Below are positions 9,469-20,388 of a stretch of 63,859 nt of DNA, in pieces. Under the pieces are notes generated by a model. It did no database searches, was not told where the DNA came from, and saw only the letters and a list, made by a program, of their open reading frames with translations. Each line of letters opens with the position of its first letter. Positions within the stretch are counted from its first letter, which is position 1. This DNA comes from Agathobacter sp. (GTDB lineage Bacteria; Bacillota; Clostridia; Lachnospirales; Lachnospiraceae): assembly GCA_045612245.1 (NCBI GenBank), contig JAZKYR010000108.1, forward strand, positions 1 through 63,859. The letters are read 5' to 3'. The position numbers were made by a program, and so were the translations under genes.

Positions 9469-10814
9469 CATTTAAAGAAGCATTATGCTATGTAGAAGAA
9501 TCAAAAAAAAGAGGCAGCGTGTTGGGATTATCCAACATGCTTTCTCTTATGGAAGAGTTAGGAAATCCGCAAAATCAGGTTCCTACGATTCATATTGCGG
9601 GGACAAATGGAAAAGGTTCCGTAGGTGCTTATCTTGCCTCTATTTGCAAAGAAGCAGGATTTAAGGTTGCAAGATATTGTTCGCCTGCAGTATTTGATGC
9701 TTTCGAATGCTGGCAGTATGATGGACGCTATATCACAGAGGAAGAATATGCCTTTGGCATGAGCAAAATAAAAGACGCCTGTGATGCCATTTCTAATCGT
9801 ACGGGAATGGAATTTGAACCTACTAGCTTTGAGTTGGAAACTGCGCTTGCATTTGTATTTGTCGCAGAAATGAAACCAGACGTATTTCTTTTAGAAGTAG
9901 GTATGGGTGGTAGATTAGACGCGACGAATGTAGTTGAGAATCCATTGGCTTGTGTGATTACAAAAATCAGCCGTGATCATATGCAGTTCTTGGGCGAAAA
10001 TCTTACAGAAATTGCAAAAGAAAAAGCCGGTATTATGAAACCGGGTGCTTTTGTTTTCTGGGCCAAACAGGAACCAGAGGTTGAAGCAGTATTAAGAGAT
10101 GCTGTTTCACGTATTCCAGATGCTGTAAAAGGTGATTTTTATGGCAGATGCGTAGAAGTATTGTCCGTGAAACCTGAGAGAATGGATTTTTCGTATTTGG
10201 GTGTTGATTATGAAACCCGTATGACAGGTTTGTACCAGGCACAGAATGCAGCACTTGCAGCTGCAGTATTTGATGCAATCTGGCCTAATTTGCTATTAGG
10301 ATTACAGGAAGATATGGAATATTGGAATGCTGATAATGAGTCTTTGGTGTCCTGGGTAGAGATGGAGTATGCAACCAAAGAAGGCATTGCAAAAGCATTC
10401 TGGCCAGGCAGATTTGAAGTCCTTGGTACAGAACCATATTTTGTAATTGATGGTGCTCATAATGAAGATGCAGTAAAGCAATTGGCTGAAACGATAAAAA
10501 TACATTTTACAAATCGAACAGTAAACTTTATAATAGGCATACTAGCAGATAAAGAACATGAGAAAATGTTAGAGATTATGATGCCATATGCGAATCACGT
10601 CTATACTGTTACGCCACCGAATCCAAGAGGATTAGATGGAAGAATCCTTGCTGAAGAGATTCGTCAGTGGAAGGATGAAGTTGTTTTTTGCGAAAGCATC
10701 GAGAAGGCAGTGCAAGAGGCTCTTTCACAAAGCAAACAGGATGGATGTCCGGTAGTAGCATTTGGTTCTTTATCTTATCTAGGAGAATTAAAGGAAGTAT
10801 ATAAAAATGTTTGA
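9465..10814 (+). CDS. folC: Folylpolyglutamate synthase / dihydrofolate synthase
   Basis: [28 protein letters not shown] and DGAHN motifs. Confidence 0.93.
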   Translation: MTFKEALCYVEESKKRGSVLGLSNMLSLMEELGNPQNQVPTIHIAGTNGKGSVGAYLASICKEAGFKVARYCSPAVFDAFECWQYDGRYITEEEYAFGMSKIKDACDAISNRTGMEFEPTSFELETALAFVFVAEMKPDVFLLEVGMGGRLDATNVVENPLACVITKISRDHMQFLGENLTEIAKEKAGIMKPGAFVFWAKQEPEVEAVLRDAVSRIPDAVKGDFYGRCVEVLSVKPERMDFSYLGVDYETRMTGLYQAQNAALAAAVFDAIWPNLLLGLQEDMEYWNADNESLVSWVEMEYATKEGIAKAFWPGRFEVLGTEPYFVIDGAHNEDAVKQLAETIKIHFTNRTVNFIIGILADKEHEKMLEIMMPYANHVYTVTPPNPRGLDGRILAEEIRQWKDEVVFCESIEKAVQEALSQSKQDGCPVVAFGSLSYLGELKEVYKNV

Positions 10815-11361
10815 TAGAGAAAAGATAAAAAAAGGTGTAGAGTTGATTCTTGAGGGAATCGGAGAAGATAAAAACAGAGAAGGTCTTGTGGAAACACCAG
10901 AACGTATTGCTCGCATGTATGAAGAAATATTTGCTGGTTTAGATATGGATTGTGAGGAGATACTATCAAAGACCTTTACAGTAGATAATGATGAGATGGT
11001 TATTGTAAAAGATATCACTTTTTACTCTACCTGCGAACATCATTTTATGCCATTTTATGGAAAGGCTCATGTTGCCTATATTCCAAATGGTAAAGTAGTA
11101 GGTTTAAGTAAACTCGCCCGTGCAGTAGAGGTGTTTGCAAAAAGACCTCAGATTCAGGAACAGCTTACCGGTCAGGTTGCAGATGCTTTGATGGAACACC
11201 TAAATCCAAAGGGAGTTATCATTATGATGGAAGCAGAGCATATGTGTATGACTATGCGTGGTGTGAAAAAGCCTGGTAGCAAGACAGTTACCTTTGCAAT
11301 GCGTGGGGCTTTTGAGGAAGATGAAAGCCTGGTAAACAGATTCCTTATGATGTGTAAGTAA
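10807..11361 (+). CDS. folE: GTP cyclohydrolase I
   Basis: [21 protein letters not shown] and HMCMTMRG motifs. Confidence 0.96.
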   Translation: MFDREKIKKGVELILEGIGEDKNREGLVETPERIARMYEEIFAGLDMDCEEILSKTFTVDNDEMVIVKDITFYSTCEHHFMPFYGKAHVAYIPNGKVVGLSKLARAVEVFAKRPQIQEQLTGQVADALMEHLNPKGVIIMMEAEHMCMTMRGVKKPGSKTVTFAMRGAFEEDESLVNRFLMMCK

Positions 11362-11380
11362 GAAAAGAAAGAGAATAAGT

Positions 11381-12190
11381 ATGAGAATTGGAACACATGA
11401 ATTTGATGTGAAAAATCAAACCTATATTATGGGCATTTTGAATGTGACTCCGGATTCTTTTTCAGATGGTGGCAAGTATCACGGAGTTGACGCTGCGTTA
11501 AAAAGAGCGGAGCAGATGATAAGTGAAGGAGCCGCCATTCTTGATATAGGAGGAGAATCTACGAGGCCGGGGTATACACCGGTTTCAGAAGAAGAGGAAA
11601 TGGAACGTATCCTACCTGTGATAGAAGCTGTCAAACAGCGTTTGGATATTCCGGTATCTGTGGATACGTATAAAGGAGCCGTAGCGGAGGCTGCGATTTT
11701 GGCAGGTGCAGACCTCATCAATGATATCTGGGGCCTTAAGGCCGATGATAGAATGGCAGAAATTATAGCAAGGCATAAAGTGGCTTGTTGTTTAATGCAT
11801 AACCGTTCAAATCAGTCTTATACAGACTTTTTGCCAGACGTATTGGCAGATTTAAAAGAGAGTGTAGTTCTTGCAAAAACAGCGGGAATCCTAGATGAAA
11901 ACATCATTCTAGATCCAGGTGTCGGTTTTGCAAAGGATTATGAACAGAATTTAAAAGTACTGGGCAACTTGGAACAGATAAACAAATTGGGATATCCGGT
12001 GTTGCTTGGAGCTTCCCGTAAATCTGTTATTGGACTTACGCTTGATTTACCAAGTGAAGAACGTTTAGAAGGAACATTAGTAACCACAGTTGCCGCTGTT
12101 CAAAAAGGTTGTGCCTTTGTTCGAGTGCATGATGTGAAAGAAAACTATCGTGCAATTCAGATGGCGCAGGCAATTTATAGAAGAGGATAG
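11381..12190 (+). CDS. folP: Dihydropteroate synthase
   Basis: MGILNVTPDSFSDGG, GGESTRPG, DPGVGF, SRKS and RVHDV motifs. Confidence 0.96.
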   Translation: MRIGTHEFDVKNQTYIMGILNVTPDSFSDGGKYHGVDAALKRAEQMISEGAAILDIGGESTRPGYTPVSEEEEMERILPVIEAVKQRLDIPVSVDTYKGAVAEAAILAGADLINDIWGLKADDRMAEIIARHKVACCLMHNRSNQSYTDFLPDVLADLKESVVLAKTAGILDENIILDPGVGFAKDYEQNLKVLGNLEQINKLGYPVLLGASRKSVIGLTLDLPSEERLEGTLVTTVAAVQKGCAFVRVHDVKENYRAIQMAQAIYRRG

Positions 12191-12195
12191 AGGTC

Positions 12196-13062
12196 ATGAG
12201 AAGAACGAATGATTTTATCAAAGTAACTAACATGAAGGTGTTTGCATACCATGGAGTGTTGGAAGAAGAAAAGAAAAATGGTCAGGATTTTTTCCTGAAT
12301 GCAAAAGTATATGTGGATATGCGTAAAGCCGGTTTGACAGATAAATTGGAAGATACGATTAACTATGACTCTGTTTGTATATTTTTAGCGGAAGTATTTG
12401 CAGAAAAAGTGTTTGATACGATTGAAGCAGCTGCAGAATACACTCTGCAGGAAATTATTGTAAATTTTCCAACGATTCAGGCAATGGAGCTTGAGATACG
12501 TAAACCACATGCACCACTTACCTATGTACCAGAGGATATTTCTGTTACGATTTATCGTGAATGGCATACGGTATATCTGTCATTTGGCTCCAATGTAGGA
12601 AATCCAACCGGACATATTAATGAGGCGATTTCGATGTTAAAGAATCCATATGCGATTCGAAACGTAAAAAGATCGGAATTGTTTGTGACCAAACCATATG
12701 GACCAGTAGAACAGAATGATTTTGTAAATGGATGTCTGGAAATGGAAACCTATATGGATCCTGAGGAATTGGTGGAATATATCCATGAAATCGAAGATTA
12801 TTTTGAACGAGACAGAAGTATTCATTGGGGACCAAGACCAATCGATTTAGATATCGTATTTTATGATGATGAGATTTATAATAGCAAGGCTCTTACGATT
12901 CCTCATGCAGACATGGAAAATCGTATGTTTGTCTTAGAACCATTATCACAGCTTTGCCCTGGAAAAAGACATCCAGTTTGGGGCAAAACGGTGGCTCAGT
13001 TGAAGAAGGAACTCAGTGAACGTGGTGGGGATGAAGACATCCTCAAGAAATTAGAGGAATAA
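12196..13062 (+). CDS. folK: Fused dihydroneopterin aldolase / HPPK (FolB-FolK)
   Basis: N-terminal FolB motifs (AYHGVLEEE, DTINY, IRKPHAP) and C-terminal FolK motifs (SFGSNVG, WGPRPIDLDI, PH). Confidence 0.92.
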   Translation: MRRTNDFIKVTNMKVFAYHGVLEEEKKNGQDFFLNAKVYVDMRKAGLTDKLEDTINYDSVCIFLAEVFAEKVFDTIEAAAEYTLQEIIVNFPTIQAMELEIRKPHAPLTYVPEDISVTIYREWHTVYLSFGSNVGNPTGHINEAISMLKNPYAIRNVKRSELFVTKPYGPVEQNDFVNGCLEMETYMDPEELVEYIHEIEDYFERDRSIHWGPRPIDLDIVFYDDEIYNSKALTIPHADMENRMFVLEPLSQLCPGKRHPVWGKTVAQLKKELSERGGDEDILKKLEE

Positions 13063-13066
13063 TATT

Positions 13067-13855
13067 TTGAAAAGAAGTTTATCAAACAGAATTTGGGATA
13101 TTGTATATCCGGTACTTATGTATTATGCGACGATTACGATTGGTATTTACGTTGCGCAGTTGATTTTTGGTACTGGAATTGAAAATTATATGTTGTGCAA
13201 AATAATAGGAAGTCTTGTGACAATTCCAGTTGTTTATGCAGATTATAAAAGAGATTTGATGCTTACTGGAAAGTATGGGTTAAAGAATCCAATTACAAAT
13301 CGACAGGTAACGCAATTGCTTGCAATTATTGGAATTACGATTTGTTTATCCGTAGCACTTAATAATCTTATTTCGATGTCACCGCTGGTGTCTATGTCAG
13401 AGGAATACCAGAATGCCAATGATGCCTTTTATGGTAGTACAATCGGATTGGAGCTTTTAGGCTCTGCACTCATTACCCCTTTCTTAGAAGAACTTTTACA
13501 CAGAGGAGTTGTATATGGAAGACTTCGTAGAATGATGGGAATGTGGTCTGCGGTTATTTTATCAGCACTTATTTTCGCAGGATTACATTTTAATATTGTA
13601 CAGTTCATCTACGCCTTTTTACTCGGCATAGTATTTGCTTTATTTGTAGAAAAAACAGGTCGCCTTTATCCGGCAGTAATTGCGCATGTGGTGGCCAATG
13701 GAATTGCGGTTATTCGTACAGAGACAGGATTTTTACAGGAATCAGTGGATGGTAGCATATCTGCATGGCTGATTTCGCTAGGATTTTGTTTCATCGGCGT
13801 CGCAGGATTATTAAGTTTCGTGGGAAATAAAAAGAAAGAGGAAAATCATGACTAA
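13067..13855 (+). CDS. CPBP (CAAX/Abi) family intramembrane glutamic endopeptidase
   Basis: EELLHRG, FAGLH and AHVVAN motifs. TTG start. Confidence 0.88.
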   Translation: MKRSLSNRIWDIVYPVLMYYATITIGIYVAQLIFGTGIENYMLCKIIGSLVTIPVVYADYKRDLMLTGKYGLKNPITNRQVTQLLAIIGITICLSVALNNLISMSPLVSMSEEYQNANDAFYGSTIGLELLGSALITPFLEELLHRGVVYGRLRRMMGMWSAVILSALIFAGLHFNIVQFIYAFLLGIVFALFVEKTGRLYPAVIAHVVANGIAVIRTETGFLQESVDGSISAWLISLGFCFIGVAGLLSFVGNKKKEENHD

Positions 13856-14636
13856 GTATGTATTTTTTGATATAGATGGGACTTTGTGGGATGACAAGAT
13901 GGTCGTTCCAGAGAGTACAAAGGTGGCGATTAAGCAGTTGCAGGCAAATGGACACAAAGCCTTTGTTTGTACAGGTCGTGCTATGGGAAATGTCAATGAT
14001 CCACAGTTTGATGAGATTGGTTTTGATGGATTTATTGCGGCATGCGGAAATTATGTGCAGATGGATGGGAAAATTCTTTATGAAAGAAATATGTCTTATG
14101 AAGATGTAAAGGCGATTTATGATGCAAGTCGTCAGCATCAGTTGCCAATTATTTATGAAGGTACAAAATACCAGTGGCTGGATCGCAATGGTTTTGAAGG
14201 AGATTCCTATATTGAATACATTGTTCAGAATCTGAAGGACACAGCGGTCTTTTTAGATGACTGCGAGTTAGAAGATATTGAAGCAAATAAGTTTTCTGCA
14301 TTGGTGAACGAGAAGACTAATTACTCAGCGGTGGAAGAGGCGTTGTCGGATAGATTTGATTTTATGGACCACGGAGATGGTATTATTGAAGCTGTTCCAA
14401 AAGGAACTTCAAAAGCTACGGGGATTGCTTGGTTATGCGAGCATTTAAATATTGCAAAAGAAGACACCTTTGCGCTTGGCGATAGTATCAATGACTTAGA
14501 AATGTTAGCCTTTGTTGGACACAGTATAGCCATGGGAAATGCATCTTTGGCAGCGAAAGAAGCGGCAGAATATGTGACTACTCATATTCATGAAGATGGT
14601 GTTCTTAATGCATTAAAACACTATAATTTAATTTAG
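13848..14636 (+). CDS. Cof-type HAD-IIB phosphatase
   Basis: FFDIDGTL, CTGR, SKATG and GDSINDLEM motifs. Confidence 0.92.
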   Translation: MTKYVFFDIDGTLWDDKMVVPESTKVAIKQLQANGHKAFVCTGRAMGNVNDPQFDEIGFDGFIAACGNYVQMDGKILYERNMSYEDVKAIYDASRQHQLPIIYEGTKYQWLDRNGFEGDSYIEYIVQNLKDTAVFLDDCELEDIEANKFSALVNEKTNYSAVEEALSDRFDFMDHGDGIIEAVPKGTSKATGIAWLCEHLNIAKEDTFALGDSINDLEMLAFVGHSIAMGNASLAAKEAAEYVTTHIHEDGVLNALKHYNLI

Positions 14637-14657
14637 TTTCAAAAGTTTATAAAAATT

Positions 14658-14684
14658 TTAGCACTCTAAGCAAAAGAGTGCTAA
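14658..14684. promoter_or_regulatory. CIRCE element (HrcA operator)
   Basis: Exact TTAGCACTC-N9-GAGTGCTAA. Confidence 0.97.
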
Positions 14685-14691
14685 TTTTGTG

Positions 14692-14720
14692 TTGACTTTT
14701 AAATATCGAAGTAATATTAT
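14692..14720 (+). promoter_or_regulatory. Sigma-A promoter of groESL
   Basis: TTGACT, 17 bp, TATTAT. Confidence 0.75.
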
Positions 14721-14799
14721 CTTATCTAGGGCATATAGATTATTAGAGTATGTCTATGAATAAAGTGAATAATTAATTACATATATAGGAGGAATTAAA

Positions 14800-15087
14800 A
14801 TGAAATTATCACCACTTACAGATCGTGTTGTTTTAAAACAGCTTGAAGCTGAAGAAACTACCAAGTCTGGTATTATCTTAACAGCATCTGCACAGGAAAA
14901 ACCACAGGAAGCAGAAGTAATCGCTGTAGGTCCTGGCGGAATTGTAGATGGCAAGGAAGTAGTTATGCAGGTTAGCGTAGGACAGAAGGTTATCTACTCT
15001 AAATACGCTGGTACAGAAGTAAAACTTGAAGGTCAGGAATACATTATCGTTCGCCAGAACGATATCCTCGCTATTGTGGAAGATTAG
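14800..15087 (+). CDS. groES: Co-chaperonin GroES
   Basis: PLTDRVV, SGIIL, AVGPG and YSKYAGTEV motifs. Confidence 0.97.
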   Translation: MKLSPLTDRVVLKQLEAEETTKSGIILTASAQEKPQEAEVIAVGPGGIVDGKEVVMQVSVGQKVIYSKYAGTEVKLEGQEYIIVRQNDILAIVED

Positions 15088-15093
15088 TATTAA

Positions 15094-16728
<1,635 letters not shown>

Positions 16729-16893
16729 TAACCAGTTTAGCCTAGACGAATAAAAGACTCCACGAGGAAATTAATTTCCATGTGGAGTCTTTTTGAGTCT
16801 AAGGGCGTTCTGCCCCTAGTCCGTGTTATAGCATCTTTGATGCGGAATAGTCGCGTAAGCGACGAACACGGACCTAGGAGGCTAAACTGGTTA
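16729..16893. repeat. 165-bp structured element with perfect 15-bp terminal inverted repeats, containing the groEL terminator (MITE/REP-like or ncRNA)
   Basis: TAACCAGTTTAGCCT (16729-16743) / AGGCTAAACTGGTTA (16879-16893), enclosing several nested hairpins. Confidence 0.7.
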
Positions 16894-16945
16894 AATAGCG
16901 AGACTCTCATTCTAATGTGATAGCATGTATACATTTGTGCCTGCC

Positions 16946-17002
16946 TTGACACTTACTGGTGGGTGTGAGATAATGGACCAAATCGCGTAATATTTTTGTA
17001 AT
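16946..17002 (+). promoter_or_regulatory. Sigma-A promoter followed by a WalR-like direct repeat
   Basis: TTGACA, 17 bp, GATAAT with a TGn extension (16946-16974), then CGTAAT-N5-TGTAAT (16986-17002). Confidence 0.55.
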
Positions 17003-17032
17003 AGTTTAAATTACACTCGTTCGGGGGAGAAC

Positions 17033-18193
17033 ATGTTTAATAATAAGATACGATGTGTAGCAGGAATGCTCATGGCTGCAGTGCTTGTAACTACGGTGCC
17101 AATAGATGTTCTTGCTGCTACAGAAAAAGATAAATATTTATTAGGTACCTCAGTTGCCTTTTCTGCTGGTGCACATTTGGCAATTGAAGAAAGTGTTGTA
17201 TTAGATACTGCAACCGAAGAGTATTTTGCTTCCGGTGTTATTAATGGAGAAGCACCTTTGGTAGCAGAACCAGATGCGCCAGAGGTAAATCCATATGAAA
17301 ATATGGCCGTAGCACAAGTAAATGATTATGTAAATATTCGTTCAGAAGCAAATGCAGATTCAGAAGTGCTTGGCAAGCTGTATAACAATGGTGTAGCAAC
17401 TGTGTTAGAGACACTGGACGGATGGTATAAGATACAGTCAGGGAATGTAACGGGATATATTAGTGCGGAATTTTTGGTTGTTGGAGACGATGCTCTATGT
17501 GCTTCTGTAGGTAAAAGGGTAGCTACAGTCACAACTAGCAGATTGAATCTTCGTAGAGAACCATCTACAGGAGCAGGAGTTAAAACGGTTATTACGACAG
17601 GACAACAGGCAACTGTGTTAGATGAGTCTCTTGAAGGATGGGTACATGTACAGTACAGATCTTATACTGGATATATTTCAACAGAATTTGTAACGCTTGA
17701 AACAGTATATAGTTATGCTGAATCCAGAGAAGAGGAGGCTGCTCGTATTGCAGCTGCAGAAGAAGCACGTAGAAGAGCGGAAGCACAAGCTGCATATAGA
17801 AAGCAGCTTGAAGAAGCAGCTAGAAAGAATTATGTACCACCTACAGGCGGAACAGGACAAGATGTAGTAAACTATGCAGTACAGTTTGTAGGAAATCCGT
17901 ATGTGTTAGGTGGTTCAAGCCTTACAAATGGTATTGATTGTTCGTGGTTTGTTAGTAGAATATATGAAGCCTTTGGCGTTAGCCTTCCACATAATTCTTA
18001 TGCATTAAGAAGTGTTGGTTATGCAGTAAGTCCTGCAGAGCTTCAGCCAGGCGATATCATATGTTATAGTGGACATGTTTCTATTTACATCGGTAATGGT
18101 GCAATTGTGCATGCTTCCAATAGAAAAGATGGAATTAAGATTTCACCAAAGTGGAATTATACTCGCGTAATTACGATTAGAAGGATTTTTTAA
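17033..18193 (+). CDS. Secreted SH3b x2 + NlpC/P60 peptidoglycan endopeptidase
   Basis: Signal peptide, two SH3b repeats (VNIRSE...GW, LNLRRE...GW), Ala/Glu-rich coil, catalytic DCS and GHV...H. Confidence 0.92.
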   Translation: MFNNKIRCVAGMLMAAVLVTTVPIDVLAATEKDKYLLGTSVAFSAGAHLAIEESVVLDTATEEYFASGVINGEAPLVAEPDAPEVNPYENMAVAQVNDYVNIRSEANADSEVLGKLYNNGVATVLETLDGWYKIQSGNVTGYISAEFLVVGDDALCASVGKRVATVTTSRLNLRREPSTGAGVKTVITTGQQATVLDESLEGWVHVQYRSYTGYISTEFVTLETVYSYAESREEEAARIAAAEEARRRAEAQAAYRKQLEEAARKNYVPPTGGTGQDVVNYAVQFVGNPYVLGGSSLTNGIDCSWFVSRIYEAFGVSLPHNSYALRSVGYAVSPAELQPGDIICYSGHVSIYIGNGAIVHASNRKDGIKISPKWNYTRVITIRRIF

Positions 18194-18199
18194 TAAGAT

Positions 18200-18430
18200 A
18201 TGAAAAATATGAAACAGATTTTTGCAATACTCGGAATCGTTCTTATCCTAGGATTGAACGTATTTGTATTTTTTGCCGCAGGCACCGCAAGTGATGATGG
18301 AATGGGTTTGTTCGGTGGTGCAGTGGTAGCCATGGTTATGGTGCCAGTGCTTTTGTGGATTTATATGTATATCTTTAAATTAATAAAGAAACGAAATGAA
18401 GAAAAAGAAATAGAAGAAAAAGACTTGTAA
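18200..18430 (+). CDS. Small two-TM hypothetical protein
   Basis: 76 aa, two hydrophobic helices, charged tail, co-oriented with its neighbours. Confidence 0.7.
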   Translation: MKNMKQIFAILGIVLILGLNVFVFFAAGTASDDGMGLFGGAVVAMVMVPVLLWIYMYIFKLIKKRNEEKEIEEKDL

Positions 18431-18453
18431 ACTTACAAGTCTTTTTGTATACT
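18417..18453 (+). terminator. Terminator hairpin overlapping a sigma-A promoter
   Basis: AAAAGACTTGTAA-ac-TTACAAGTCTTTT. TTGTAA (18425-18430), 17 bp, TATACT (18448-18453). Confidence 0.65.
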
Positions 18454-18514
18454 ATCTAGGATATCGACAGAGCATTTGCTCTGCAAAAATATATTACAAA
18501 AGGTGGAAAAAGAA

Positions 18515-19018
18515 ATGGCATTATTAAAAGAATGGCACAAACTTGCTTATAACGAAAACGCTGACCAGGGTGAAATGCAGAGATTCTGGACATCTTACTT
18601 CTTAAAAGAACAGAGCGTTTATGAAAAATTATTATCAAATCCAGATGAAGTTGTGGAAGGCACAGTAAAAGAACTTGCTGAAAAATATGAACTTTCACTT
18701 ATGGAAATGACAGGCTTCCTTGATGGTATCAATGAATGTCTCGTTACTCCAAACCCAATTGAAGAAATGGAAGAAGACACAAAAGTTAGCCTTGCATTTG
18801 ATAAAGAAAAACTTTACAAAGGTATGGTAGCTGCAAAAGCAGAATGGCTTTACGGACTTCCACAGTGGAACGACATCTTTGACGAAGAAACTCAGAAGAG
18901 ACTTTACTTAGAACAGAAAAAATCCGGTACTGTAGTAAACAGCGAAAAGAAAGTTGGCCGTAATGATCCATGTCCATGTGGTTCAGGCAAGAAATACAAA
19001 AAATGTTGTGGTAGATAA
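18515..19018 (+). CDS. SEC-C metal-binding motif protein
   Basis: C-terminal [18 protein letters not shown]. Start moved to ATG 18515 (AAAGGTGG upstream). Confidence 0.88.
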   Translation: MALLKEWHKLAYNENADQGEMQRFWTSYFLKEQSVYEKLLSNPDEVVEGTVKELAEKYELSLMEMTGFLDGINECLVTPNPIEEMEEDTKVSLAFDKEKLYKGMVAAKAEWLYGLPQWNDIFDEETQKRLYLEQKKSGTVVNSEKKVGRNDPCPCGSGKKYKKCCGR

Positions 19019-19027
19019 TTGATTTTT

Positions 19028-19066
19028 AAAAGACTATGATTCAGAAAATGAATCATAGTCTTTTTT
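19028..19066 (+). terminator. Rho-independent terminator
   Basis: AAAAGACTATGATTCA-gaaaa-TGAATCATAGTCTTTTTT. Confidence 0.85.
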
Positions 19067-19072
19067 CTGTTT

Positions 19073-19113
19073 TTAAGGTTTCGTTAAGGTTATTTTAAGG
19101 TGATAGATATAGT
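19073..19113 (+). promoter_or_regulatory. Triple TTAAGGT direct repeat (11-bp period) plus -10; OmpR/PhoB-family-type site
   Basis: TTAAGGT at 19073, 19084 and 19095, then TATAGT at 19108-19113. Confidence 0.65.
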
Positions 19114-19185
19114 AGAGGGGGAGCATTTATGATAAAATAAATATAAGAAATGAAATTTGATGCGCTGATGGAGGAGATAGTATAG

Positions 19186-19470
19186 ATGAAAAATACATTT
19201 ATGGTAAGTTTGTGTAAAAATGGTCTTTTAGGTGGATATATTGTTATGGAAGAGGAAGCAATGATATATCGTACTGGAAAAGTGACAATTCCGCAGAAGC
19301 ATAGAAATCTTGTGATGAAATATAATGATATTAAATCTTTAACAAAAGAGAAAATGCTATTTATGACGACAATTTCTGTGCAAATGAAGAACATGGAAGA
19401 ATATAAGTTTCTTGTATTCAATGAGAAACGATTTCTTGAAGTGCTACAGGCTAAAAGAAATGGTAAGTAA
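19186..19470 (+). CDS. Hypothetical protein (possible PH-like fold)
   Basis: 94 aa, RBS GGAGG. The fold is a guess from the beta-rich pattern ending in a helix. Confidence 0.65.
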   Translation: MKNTFMVSLCKNGLLGGYIVMEEEAMIYRTGKVTIPQKHRNLVMKYNDIKSLTKEKMLFMTTISVQMKNMEEYKFLVFNEKRFLEVLQAKRNGK

Positions 19471-19478
19471 GGGAGAGT

Positions 19479-20387
19479 ATGAAAATGCCACAATATGATG
19501 ATTTTGGAAGACCGATTTATGAAACGGCAGAAGAATATAATAAAGCAAATAAAGCAAGACAGATGACATATACATACACAAATCCAGATTGTGATGTATA
19601 TCAAAACAGTGCAGTGACACCAAAAACGACAAGTCAAACAGCCGCACAGCGTCATGCGATGCGTACAGGTTCAAAGAATGCGAAAAAATTGATTGTGGGA
19701 TTAGCGGTATTCCTTATTGCCGTTAATTTGGGTGTTATATTCACGATATTGAGTTCGATTGGTGTATTCTCTGGTGGTAGTTATGAGGAACATGTAAATG
19801 ATTGGATTCAATTCGAAGATGAGGAATGCACTGAAGAATACTTAGGTGATGATGCTACACCGTTGATAGAAGGCTTCGAGACGTTTACATATAACGGGGA
19901 AACGATTACTTTGCCAACAACTTTTGAAGAGTTGTCGGATATGAAGTTTGTCTTAGATACAGAATATAGTAAATTTGAACGTGTTCCTTCCGGTTATAAT
20001 GAATTTATTGACTTAGTAGATGCAGATGGAAATACATATGCGATGGTTATTGTAGATAATTATACTGACGATGAAATACCATTAGGAAAGTGTACGGTAG
20101 ATTATTTCAGCATTAACAATCCAGCTGTTTATGATGATGCAGTTGATGTTCCAGAGTTTACGTTTGTAAATGGGCTTACATTTGAAAGTACTTATGAAGA
20201 TTTGGAAGCAACATTTGGTGTTCCGTATTATCACTATGAGGATCATTCGGAAGAAGGATATTATTATGATAGTTATGAGTGGTGCTATTATGGTGAATAT
20301 GAAACTCATTACGTGACGATCACTTTCTGGAATGGTGAGATATCAGATATAGCGATTCAAAAAGGGATAGAAGAGGAGATATATTAA
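19479..20387 (+). CDS. Single-TM hypothetical protein with an acidic Tyr-rich external domain
   Basis: 302 aa, one TM helix (LIVGLAVFLIAVNLGVIF...), D/E/Y-rich C-terminal part. Confidence 0.75.
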   Translation: MKMPQYDDFGRPIYETAEEYNKANKARQMTYTYTNPDCDVYQNSAVTPKTTSQTAAQRHAMRTGSKNAKKLIVGLAVFLIAVNLGVIFTILSSIGVFSGGSYEEHVNDWIQFEDEECTEEYLGDDATPLIEGFETFTYNGETITLPTTFEELSDMKFVLDTEYSKFERVPSGYNEFIDLVDADGNTYAMVIVDNYTDDEIPLGKCTVDYFSINNPAVYDDAVDVPEFTFVNGLTFESTYEDLEATFGVPYYHYEDHSEEGYYYDSYEWCYYGEYETHYVTITFWNGEISDIAIQKGIEEEIY

Positions 20388-20388
20388 T

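Noticed and set aside
16737-16952. 71-aa minus-strand ORF across the groEL downstream element
   Set aside because: No RBS or protein-like features. The nested inverted repeats explain the sequence better.
19095-19655. 186-aa minus-strand ORF over the hypothetical island
   Set aside because: It overlaps two plus-strand genes that have good RBSs, and its composition looks like antisense noise.
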